A DNA stretch of 62,360 bases. Origin: Spirochaetia bacterium. Lineage in GTDB: Bacteria; Spirochaetota; Spirochaetia; DSM-27196; PWMO01. The notes beneath the pieces were generated by a model, which made no database searches, was not told the DNA's origin, and worked only from the letters and a program-made list of their open reading frames with translations. This document shows positions 51,781 through 59,883 of this stretch, one piece after another. Location of the stretch: the NCBI GenBank assembly GCA_041686235.1, contig JAWLED010000005.1:1-62360 (forward strand). The letters run 5' to 3'. Both the position numbers and the translations under genes were made by a program. The stretch's first letter is position 1. Each line of letters begins with the position of its first letter.

Positions 51781-54700
51781 CTATCCGGTTTTTCCGGCGA
51801 GCTCCAAGATGAGCTCCACCTCGCCGCGGCTGACCTTCATCTGGCGGGAAATCTCGTCGACCTTCCACCCTTGCCGGGCGAGCTTGATTACGGTGTCTCG
51901 TGCGCTCATCGAAGGTGCTGCATCGCCTTTTTTCCCGGAGCCCTCCGATTGCCCCTCTTCTCGCAGAAGACTACCGAGCAGTTTCACCTGTTCTTGAGCC
52001 TCTCGTCCCACCTCTTCGAGGCGAGTTTCGGTGCGAGCAAGCCACTCACGAGCCGTCTGCAGCTCCTGCATGCGCGACTCGATGTCCGAGAGGGTCGTAT
52101 CGAGCTGAGAAACCTGTTTCATGGCCTGGTCGGCTTCCTTCTTGTGCGCCGACAGATCACGAACCTGCGACTCGATGGACTCGATCCGGCCGGGCAAATT
52201 CTGTAACTCCTGATCGAGCGATTCGAGACGACCTTCGATATCCTCGAGTTGCTGAAAGTTCTTGTCCACACCCTGCGTTGTGGTATCTATGATGCTTTTC
52301 TTTTTCTCGAGGCGCTCGTAACGGTCCTCTACTTGCTTCTCTATGTCTTCGAGATTGCGCAGTTGTGCCTGCACCTGCTGAATCGTGTCGTCGCTCGAGC
52401 TGAGGTTCTGTAGTTTACTCTCTACCATTTGCGACATATTCATCAGCTTCTTGAAATCGTCTTCCAACGCATCGATACGGCGCTTTTCGGAGAGGAACCG
52501 TCCCATTTTCTCGGATGCCTCGCTCGAAAGCTTGCGGATCTTTGCAAACTGTCCCTGGATCTCGTGTGCCTCGTCCCGCTGTGCCTCCACCTTCGAAAGC
52601 TCGGCTTTGAGCTCCTCGATGGCCTCCTGCAGTGACACCTTCAGCGAGTCGGCACGCTCGAAGATCTTCGTCTGTTCGACGAAGTTTTTCGTTCGCTTGT
52701 CGATTTCCTCGAGACGCACCGAGAGGATCCGCGCCTCGTCGTCTATGCGTCCGAAGAGCTTTTTCTGCGTGGCGTCGAATTGCTCGCGCACTTCCGATAC
52801 GCTCGCGTGGAACTCTTTGATGCGCTGCTCGCTGTCATCGGAGATTTCTTTGGCGCGATCAGCGAGTTGTTGCTCCAGCGTGTTGTATTGACGACGGAAT
52901 ATCTCGAGCGCCTCGTTCACCTGTGTATCGAGATCCGCGCGCAGCGAGGATACCCGGTCTCGCAGTGAGGTGAGATCTTCCCGCATCGTATCGCGTTCGG
53001 CCGTGAGCTTTCCGAACAGCTCTTCCTTTTCGCTCTCGTACTCGCTCTGCATCTTGCGAACGGATTCGCGAACCTGCTCTTCGAGCTCGCTCACGCGCCC
53101 ATACACGCCGTCCTCGGCTGCCTTGAGATCGTTGTCCACCCGCGCGCGCCATACCGCGGTATCGGAGCGGGCGTTTTCGAGCGACGTGTTGAGTGCTTTC
53201 GTGCCTTCTTCAACGTGTTCTTCGAGCTGTTGAATGCGTCCGTGAACATCCTTCTCGAGGCGATCGATCTGCGCCGACACCTCTTCGGAATGTTTCGCAA
53301 ACTCCTGCTGGAAGCTCTGCTCCGCCCGCTTTCTCATTTCCTCGACTTCTTGTCGCGTGTTTTCTTCAAACGACTCCACGCGGTCCTCGGAGTTTGCCAT
53401 ACGTGTGGTGAGCCGCTCCTGGAACTCGGAGACTTGCTGCTCGAATTTCTCGAACTGGGAATAGAATCGGCTCTGAAGCTCTCCGAGCTTGGAGCGCAGA
53501 TCTTCGGTGTACTGCTGCTCCACATTGTTGCGCTCGCTCTTGAAGTGCTCGGCCAACTCTTCGATGTGGTTGTCGACACCCTGCTGCCACTCAACGAGCT
53601 TCTGATCCATCGCGATACTGCGGCTCTTGAGATCGCTCAAGAAGTCGTCCTCGAAGCCCTGTAACTTTTCAGACACGTTTTCATACGCACGTGTCTTGAG
53701 CTCTTGGATTCCGTTTTCGATCTCCTGCATTTCACCGCGAATGCCGTCCATGGCTTCTTTGGCTTCACGCCGGTCGGCCTGACGCTGTTCCTCGAGCTCC
53801 TGTCCGAAGGTATCAAAGTCCGCCTTTATCCGCTCCTCGGTGTTGCCCATTGCGTCGCGCAAGACCTGTTCGAGCTCGTCGAGCTCGGTGTTGACCTGCT
53901 CGAGCTTGCTGAAGCGGTAGGAAATCTGTTCTTCATAATCCGAGAGGCGGCGCTCGACGTCTCCGAGGATGCGCTCCTCCACTCCTTCGGTGGCGCCGGT
54001 TAGTTTCTGCGAAAGCTCTTCTTTGACCGCCGTGATCTCCTGTTCCAGCTCATCCCTTTTGGAGCCGAGATCGCCGCGCAAGTCTTCGAGCTGCGTGGCA
54101 TATTGCGAACGGAGTTTCTGCACGTCTTCTATGCGTGCACCGAATCGGCTCTCGAGATCTTGAAGGTTCTCGCCGAGTTGCGACACCGCGCGGTCCTGCT
54201 CGGCCTTCCAGTGTTCGGTGTTACTCTGGAGCTCCGCCACCGAGCTTTCGATGTGTCCCCGCAGCTCGGAAAGCTTACTGTCGGCCAGCGATTCGGCCTC
54301 CGCGCCGATCTGCTTGAACCGCGTATCGATCTGCTCCTTGAGTTTCGCCAGCGCCGTATGCTCGAGCTTTTCTCCGCGCGCGGCCGCCGCTTCGAGCCGC
54401 TTCTCGTAGTCCTGCTGGACTTCGGCAAAGCGCTCGGCGTACTGCTCGACGGAGTTCTGGAATTGCTGAACCTCGGCCCGCGTTGTCTCATGCAACTCCT
54501 CGTGGAGGTTTCGCATATCTTGTTCTACAGCGCCGGCCAGCTCCTCGCCTCGTTCGCGAGTGCGACCAACCAGATCCTCGAGCTGCCGCACGTGGTTTTC
54601 CGAGCTTTCGATGTCGTTTCGGATTTCTACGACACGGTCATCGGCGTGCTGAATAGCGCGGTCTTCCACGTCTTTTAGGGCTTCGAGGTTTCGTTGCTCA

Positions 54701-55170
54701 AAGTCCTCTACGATGTGCGGTATGCGCTCCTCGAGCTCTTGCATTTTTTCTTGCGAGCTCCGTATGCGCTTTCCGACAGTGTCGATGTACTCGGACTCTT
54801 CGCGAATACGATTGATGTTTTCCTCCGCTTGGGAGGTCATCTTCATGAGCTCGTCGAGCGCGGTATCGTAGTCACCGATACGCGTTCCGATTCGCTCGAT
54901 CTGCGAAGCCCGTTCATTGAGCCCGTCCTCGAGGCTCTGAATTCGATTGAGCACCTCGCGGGCGGCCTTTTGATGGACCTCCAGCTCGATACCCATATCC
55001 TTGATAGCCGTCGCTTTCTCCTCGACGATACTGTCGAGCTCGGACTGGACGCGTTCGGCATACCGCTTGACCTTTTCCAAGGATCGGTTGTTGCGGTCCA
55101 GTTGCCGGTAGATAGCGAGGATAACAAGAACAATTAATAGGACGATGACATTTCCGGCTGAGAATACCAT
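51781..55170 (-). CDS. Giant membrane-anchored coiled-coil protein with C-terminal HTH-like module
   Basis: N-terminal TM NVIVLLIVLVILAIY followed by basic residues. About 1000 aa of E/K/R/Q/L-rich helical sequence. Last ~40 aa are DTVIKLARQGWKVDEISRQMKVSRGEVELILELAG. Confidence 0.8.
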   Translation of the reverse strand: MVFSAGNVIVLLIVLVILAIYRQLDRNNRSLEKVKRYAERVQSELDSIVEEKATAIKDMGIELEVHQKAAREVLNRIQSLEDGLNERASQIERIGTRIGDYDTALDELMKMTSQAEENINRIREESEYIDTVGKRIRSSQEKMQELEERIPHIVEDFEQRNLEALKDVEDRAIQHADDRVVEIRNDIESSENHVRQLEDLVGRTRERGEELAGAVEQDMRNLHEELHETTRAEVQQFQNSVEQYAERFAEVQQDYEKRLEAAAARGEKLEHTALAKLKEQIDTRFKQIGAEAESLADSKLSELRGHIESSVAELQSNTEHWKAEQDRAVSQLGENLQDLESRFGARIEDVQKLRSQYATQLEDLRGDLGSKRDELEQEITAVKEELSQKLTGATEGVEERILGDVERRLSDYEEQISYRFSKLEQVNTELDELEQVLRDAMGNTEERIKADFDTFGQELEEQRQADRREAKEAMDGIRGEMQEIENGIQELKTRAYENVSEKLQGFEDDFLSDLKSRSIAMDQKLVEWQQGVDNHIEELAEHFKSERNNVEQQYTEDLRSKLGELQSRFYSQFEKFEQQVSEFQERLTTRMANSEDRVESFEENTRQEVEEMRKRAEQSFQQEFAKHSEEVSAQIDRLEKDVHGRIQQLEEHVEEGTKALNTSLENARSDTAVWRARVDNDLKAAEDGVYGRVSELEEQVRESVRKMQSEYESEKEELFGKLTAERDTMREDLTSLRDRVSSLRADLDTQVNEALEIFRRQYNTLEQQLADRAKEISDDSEQRIKEFHASVSEVREQFDATQKKLFGRIDDEARILSVRLEEIDKRTKNFVEQTKIFERADSLKVSLQEAIEELKAELSKVEAQRDEAHEIQGQFAKIRKLSSEASEKMGRFLSEKRRIDALEDDFKKLMNMSQMVESKLQNLSSSDDTIQQVQAQLRNLEDIEKQVEDRYERLEKKKSIIDTTTQGVDKNFQQLEDIEGRLESLDQELQNLPGRIESIESQVRDLSAHKKEADQAMKQVSQLDTTLSDIESRMQELQTAREWLARTETRLEEVGREAQEQVKLLGSLLREEGQSEGSGKKGDAAPSMSARDTVIKLARQGWKVDEISRQMKVSRGEVELILELAGKTG

Positions 55171-55250
55171 ACGTTCCCACTCCCAGTTATCTGTTCTCTA
55201 TCGTATTATATACGACATTTGGACATACTGCACATCATAACACAGGGAAT

Positions 55251-55916
55251 TTACGCCATGTTGTACGATTTGATGAGCCAGTTTGCCAGCCGTTTGTACC
55301 AAAAGAAGGACAAATCCGCCTTTGATGACCGGAGCGGTTTCACCCGGATATGTGCGGTGCGCATACCGAGCGCGCGTGCGCCCTCGATGTCGTATGCGTA
55401 GTTATTGCCGATGTACAACGTCTCTTCCGCTCCGGTGCCAAGCTCATCGAGGAGCGCCTGAAACGGCTCCGGGTTCGGCTTTAGATATCCCACCGTTTCC
55501 GATGAAACACGCACGTCCCACAATCCGTCAAGGCCAAGGCGATGGAGTTTTTCCCCGAGAGGAAAATCCGATAGCACCCCGAGCCGAAACCCTGCGTTGC
55601 GCAACTGCGCAACAAGCGAACGGACGCCCGGAAAGGCAGGAACCACCTTCAACACCTGCTCCCAGTCCCGATAAATGCGCCGATCGATGATCGTTCCCGC
55701 CTCTTCGGCGGAGACCCCGAGTCTTTGCGCAAGCATGCTCGACTGTGTTGCATAGAAATCATCGATCGGACGGACACGTCTGAGCTCGTGGCGAACTGCC
55801 CGGAAGTTCGTGATGAGCCGGACCCGCGAGAGAAAGAAGGGGGTCGAGGCAAGGTACATGAGACTGTTCGGATACAGAGTTCCATCCACGTCGAAAGCGA
55901 CGGCGCGCAGTTGCAT
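55251..55916 (-). CDS. HAD family hydrolase
   Basis: Motif I AFDVDGTLY and motif IV-like GNNYAYDIEGA. Confidence 0.85.
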   Translation of the reverse strand: MQLRAVAFDVDGTLYPNSLMYLASTPFFLSRVRLITNFRAVRHELRRVRPIDDFYATQSSMLAQRLGVSAEEAGTIIDRRIYRDWEQVLKVVPAFPGVRSLVAQLRNAGFRLGVLSDFPLGEKLHRLGLDGLWDVRVSSETVGYLKPNPEPFQALLDELGTGAEETLYIGNNYAYDIEGARALGMRTAHIRVKPLRSSKADLSFFWYKRLANWLIKSYNMA

Positions 55917-55919
55917 ATG

Positions 55920-57092
55920 TCACTCAATATCATCCCGACGAACGACTAAAGTAAAGATCCCCGTGGCCTCCGGCGCGCCTTCGGCCGGCTCGAAACTCCA
56001 ACTGCGAACCCGCGACCGGAGCTTTTCCTGTGCCTGCACGAAACCCGCACCCCGCTGAAAAATCACCGACCCCGGAACGACGTTACCCCGCGAATCTACC
56101 TCGAACACCACCACGAACGGTGCCTCTGCGGGCACACTGCCGCCGAAGTCCGAGGCGGAGAAAAACCCTTCGGGAACCGCCGGCGGGTTGAGCAATTCGC
56201 GGCTGCCGCTTCCTACCCATTCGATGTCGCTGTCTCCTGCCGAACCATCGCCGTCGGTATCGTCGGCACCCGGTTCGCCGTCCGAGTCTCCATCGGCTCC
56301 CGGCTGGGAAGAGTCCGCGGTATCGTCCCCGTCGCTCCTGCTCTCGAGCGCCGAGACGACGTTGCTCAAGCTTCGCTGAAACTCCGGGTCGGTCGCGACT
56401 TTCTCGGCAAGTCCTTCCACTTCCTCGTCGGAGACGTCCTCTGTGGAAAAACCTGCGTCTTCTACGGTCTCACGCGGTTGAGTCGCCCATTCGGGAAGCT
56501 CTTCTTGTTCCCCGCCGGATTCGCCCTCGGGCGGGAGGCGCTGAAACTCATCCGCCTCGGGGGCTGTTTGTCGATCCCCCGGTTGCTCTTGTGCCGGGCC
56601 GTCGCCCTGCAGCTCTCTGCGAGTGAATTCGTAGGATTCTTGCTGCCCCTCCTCGTCGGGCGGCGCTTGGCTCGAAGGTGCCTGCTGGTCCGGCGAGGCC
56701 TGTTCTTGGGGTGTTTGTTGGGCGGGCGGCTCTTCCTCGGCGGGCGCCTCGGGCTCCGAGGCACGCTCGGGCTCGGATTCCGGCTCGGCCTCGGGTTCCG
56801 CCTCCGGTTCGGGTTCGGGCTCGGCCTCGGTTTCGGCCTCGGGTGTCGTTTCCGGCTGTGGTTCCTCGCCGGCACGTTCCGATTGGAGACCTTCGGGCTC
56901 CGGTTCCTCGGCGGCCTCGTCCTCCGGAGTGTCGCGTTCCACAGGCTCCATGCTTACATAGAGTGGGCCCGAAAACTCGGGAAACGGCTCGGTACGCCAA
57001 TCTCCGAACTCAAGGATGAGAAACGCGACGACGTGAACGGCAATGCCGGCGACGAGCGCCAAGCCAAGCCGCTGTCTCTCCTCTCCGGTCAT
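55920..57092 (-). CDS. TonB/TolA-like energy transducer with very long acidic Pro/Glu linker
   Basis: N-terminal TM (LALVAGIAVHVVAFLILEF). About 250-aa E/P/A/D-rich linker with EPEPEAEPEAEPESEPE repeats. C-terminal TonB_C-like FVVVFEVDSRGNVVPGSVIFQRGAGF...WSFEPA. Follows exbB-exbD. Confidence 0.75.
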   Translation of the reverse strand: MTGEERQRLGLALVAGIAVHVVAFLILEFGDWRTEPFPEFSGPLYVSMEPVERDTPEDEAAEEPEPEGLQSERAGEEPQPETTPEAETEAEPEPEPEAEPEAEPESEPERASEPEAPAEEEPPAQQTPQEQASPDQQAPSSQAPPDEEGQQESYEFTRRELQGDGPAQEQPGDRQTAPEADEFQRLPPEGESGGEQEELPEWATQPRETVEDAGFSTEDVSDEEVEGLAEKVATDPEFQRSLSNVVSALESRSDGDDTADSSQPGADGDSDGEPGADDTDGDGSAGDSDIEWVGSGSRELLNPPAVPEGFFSASDFGGSVPAEAPFVVVFEVDSRGNVVPGSVIFQRGAGFVQAQEKLRSRVRSWSFEPAEGAPEATGIFTLVVRRDDIE

Positions 57093-57526
57093 TCGCTCTG
57101 CTCACTCCGCTCCTCAAGCGTACTGAGATTCACCGCACGAAAACCGTTTTCTCTGAGAATGTCGAGTACCGTCACCATGAGGTCGTAGGAAATGCCTCGA
57201 TCCGCCTCGATGACGACGCTGCGCACCCCGGTTTCACTCTCATCTTCCGGTATGTCTTCGGCTTCCGCTGCAAGGGCGTCGTTGAGATCTTCGAGGGCGT
57301 ATCGCTCCCGATTGAGATAGATCTCCTCCTCGCCGGCCACAGTGACCACCAACCGGTTCATCGTTACGGATTCTGAAGAGCTCGAAGAGGGCAAATCGAG
57401 GGCAATCCCGGGAGTGGTGATGAAGGTACTCGATACCATGAAAAACACCACGAGTTGAAAGATCACGTCGATCATTGGAATGAGATCGACTTGAGCCTCC
57501 GGGCGAAGCCGTCGCCTAAACTGCAT
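57089..57526 (-). CDS. exbD: Biopolymer transporter ExbD/TolR
   Basis: LIPMIDVIFQLVVFFMV TM motif and a periplasmic domain. 145 aa. Confidence 0.9.
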   Translation of the reverse strand: MQFRRRLRPEAQVDLIPMIDVIFQLVVFFMVSSTFITTPGIALDLPSSSSSESVTMNRLVVTVAGEEEIYLNRERYALEDLNDALAAEAEDIPEDESETGVRSVVIEADRGISYDLMVTVLDILRENGFRAVNLSTLEERSEQSE

Positions 57527-58142
57527 CGTGCTCCCCCTTCAGCAAGAAGACCATCTCGGTAACCCGGTTCTCCAGCTGAATAATGCGATGGTTTACCTTG
57601 CTTACGAGCGCGTTGTAGAAAATTATCGCCGGGATTGCCACGATCAGCCCGGCGGCAGTCGTTACGAGCGCCTCGGATATGCCCTGGGCGAGAAGCGCCG
57701 GGTTTCCACCGGCCTCGGAAAAGTCGCCGAGCACGCCAAAGGCTCGGATATTGCCGGTTACCGTCCCCAACAGCCCGAGCAGGGGGGAAATATGGGCGAT
57801 GGTTCCCAGAAAGGAGAGGTATCGCTCCATGCGAGGAATCTCCATGTTTGCCGCATCGGTAATGGCCGCCTTGATGGTTTCGTGCGACTGATCCCGTTTC
57901 TCTATGCCGACTCGCATGAGATTGGTGACGGGGCTGGGATTATTCTCACAAATGCTCAACGCCTCGTCATAGTGGCCCTTCTCGAGGGTAGACCTGAGGC
58001 GTTCGATCATGACGTTCTCGTCCCCGCGAATGCGCCGAAAGAAAATGAGCCGTTCCACAATGATTACGACGGCGATGATCGAAAGGACAATGATGAGTAT
58101 GAGGATTAATCCTCCTCGATCCAGCAAGCTTAGCATGTACAC
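57516..58142 (-). CDS. exbB: MotA/TolQ/ExbB proton channel protein
   Basis: LSFLGTIAHISPLLGLLGTVTGNIRAF signature. Three TM segments. Confidence 0.9.
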   Translation of the reverse strand: MYMLSLLDRGGLILILIIVLSIIAVVIIVERLIFFRRIRGDENVMIERLRSTLEKGHYDEALSICENNPSPVTNLMRVGIEKRDQSHETIKAAITDAANMEIPRMERYLSFLGTIAHISPLLGLLGTVTGNIRAFGVLGDFSEAGGNPALLAQGISEALVTTAAGLIVAIPAIIFYNALVSKVNHRIIQLENRVTEMVFLLKGEHDAV

Positions 58143-58155
58143 TTCTCCTTAAACG

Positions 58156-59883
58156 TTAGAGAGACACTCGAGTCTTGAGCACAAAGCGAAATCCGGGCGC
58201 CACGAACGGGAAGTCGTCGGACAAATCCTCGCCGATGCGCGGGCGCCCTTCCTTCATAAGCGGTGCAAAGACGTCCAAAAGGTCGGCGGATATCCTCACC
58301 GACTCGGTGACATCCAGATACCCTGAGAGATCGAGCTCCGGTGTCGATAAGCCCTGATACACTTCCTCAGAGAAATCCGCACGAGCACCCATAGTCTCCT
58401 CTTGGTTCTTTATTTCAGCGCCAAGCCGGATATCGTGAAGCGGATCGGTTTTGGCCCGATCGAGAAGTATCGAGTGCCATCCGGCCTCGAAACCGAGGGG
58501 GCTGAAATCGAAGCGCATCGTAGCCTCCGGCTCAAACGAAAGCCGATCCTCGAGCTCATATGTAATGGCCCCGGTTTCCTCCACGTAACCGAGCAAATCC
58601 GGAACGCTATGTAGCCAGGCAACTCGACCGGAAACCTCCGAGGTGATCGGTGAGTCGGGGACGTCTACACGTACACCCGCCTGCCCGTACCATTCTTCGG
58701 TCCAACCGGGAATCTCGCCGTCATCATCCGCGGTGGCGAACGTGGGAAGGTCTTGCCACCTCTCGGCAAACCGAAGCGGTTTCGCCTCCATTCCGCCTTC
58801 GAGACTCATGGTCCACGCGTCCCCGGGGGTAGCGGTGATTTCTGCTGTAAAGGGCACGTAGACGTAGTCTTCGAGCGGCCATAGCACACCAACTTCGGCT
58901 CCGGCCGCAACCTGTCGCCCCAGCAAGAGGTCTGCGCCTATGGCGAGACCGAACCCCTGGGCAACCGCGTCATCGTCGTCTTCGAAATACTGAAACAGAT
59001 AACTCATGTCCGTGTAAAACGTTCCGACGTCGGTGTCTACGTTTACCCGGGCACCGGGATGTGCAAACGATTCGGCACCCGCCGGTGCCAGCGACTCGTC
59101 GGCGACCGAACGCAACCGCTCCGCGTACCCTGCGTCGACTCGTGGAGAAAACCGAAACTGCTCTGCAAACGGCACGTCGAGCTCACCACTGCCCTCGAGA
59201 AAGCGTGACTTGGTAGAGAAAAACGTCGGCTGTCCTTGCAAGCCGCGCTCGTGCTCGATGAAGCCGAGCTCCAACCGTCCCGTCGTTGTCTCGCCGCCTT
59301 CGATCCACCCGGAAAGCTCCTCGGTGCGATCGAAATAGCCGGTTCCCGCCTCTTCGAAGTTGTAGCCGTCACGCCCGTCATGGCTGAACTGCAGGCGAAA
59401 CCGCGGGCTCTCGCCCAGCCGGTACAACGAAAGGGAGCCGAGAATGTGATTCATCGAACCGGCTCCGAGTACGGCGTCGCTAAACAGTGACACCGTATCG
59501 GAGGGCTCGGTCGTAACGTTCGCACCGTCACCTTCCGGACCCGGAATCTCAAAGGCGGCCGGAGAAATGGCAAGCTCCGCTTCAGTCGGCAGCGGGACTC
59601 CTACCTCGCCACGGCGCGCCTCCGCCGTTTGTGGCAGCTCCGCCTGCACTTGCTCGAGCTGTGCCTCTTCCACCTCGAGAAGAAGCTCGGGAAGCTTGAT
59701 CTCGGTGTCCTGTGGAGCATCGGGGCCGGGTTCCCGGTTTGCCCGCTCCTCGATGGAAGGCTCTTCGGCGTCTTCGCCCGTGTCCTGAGCCACTGCCGTA
59801 GATACTACACCGAGGGCGAGAAGCACTGAAAGCAGGGCGACCGAACACTGGGCAATCCACGTTCCGGCGCGCTCGATACCCAT
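58156..59883 (-). CDS. Secreted beta-rich hypothetical protein (possible outer-membrane beta-barrel)
   Basis: Start MGIERAG at 59883 (ATGA overlap with the upstream stop). Signal peptide ALLSVLLALGVVSTAVAQD. Acidic N-terminal region, then long alternating hydrophobic/polar strands. No family recognised. Confidence 0.6.
   Translation of the reverse strand: MGIERAGTWIAQCSVALLSVLLALGVVSTAVAQDTGEDAEEPSIEERANREPGPDAPQDTEIKLPELLLEVEEAQLEQVQAELPQTAEARRGEVGVPLPTEAELAISPAAFEIPGPEGDGANVTTEPSDTVSLFSDAVLGAGSMNHILGSLSLYRLGESPRFRLQFSHDGRDGYNFEEAGTGYFDRTEELSGWIEGGETTTGRLELGFIEHERGLQGQPTFFSTKSRFLEGSGELDVPFAEQFRFSPRVDAGYAERLRSVADESLAPAGAESFAHPGARVNVDTDVGTFYTDMSYLFQYFEDDDDAVAQGFGLAIGADLLLGRQVAAGAEVGVLWPLEDYVYVPFTAEITATPGDAWTMSLEGGMEAKPLRFAERWQDLPTFATADDDGEIPGWTEEWYGQAGVRVDVPDSPITSEVSGRVAWLHSVPDLLGYVEETGAITYELEDRLSFEPEATMRFDFSPLGFEAGWHSILLDRAKTDPLHDIRLGAEIKNQEETMGARADFSEEVYQGLSTPELDLSGYLDVTESVRISADLLDVFAPLMKEGRPRIGEDLSDDFPFVAPGFRFVLKTRVSL

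Noticed and set aside
51375-51868. 145-aa Arg/Pro/Gly-rich ORFs on both strands across the GC-rich island
   Set aside because: This is a composition artefact of near-pure G/C sequence. There are no start context or motifs, and they overlap the grpE start and the coiled-coil gene end.
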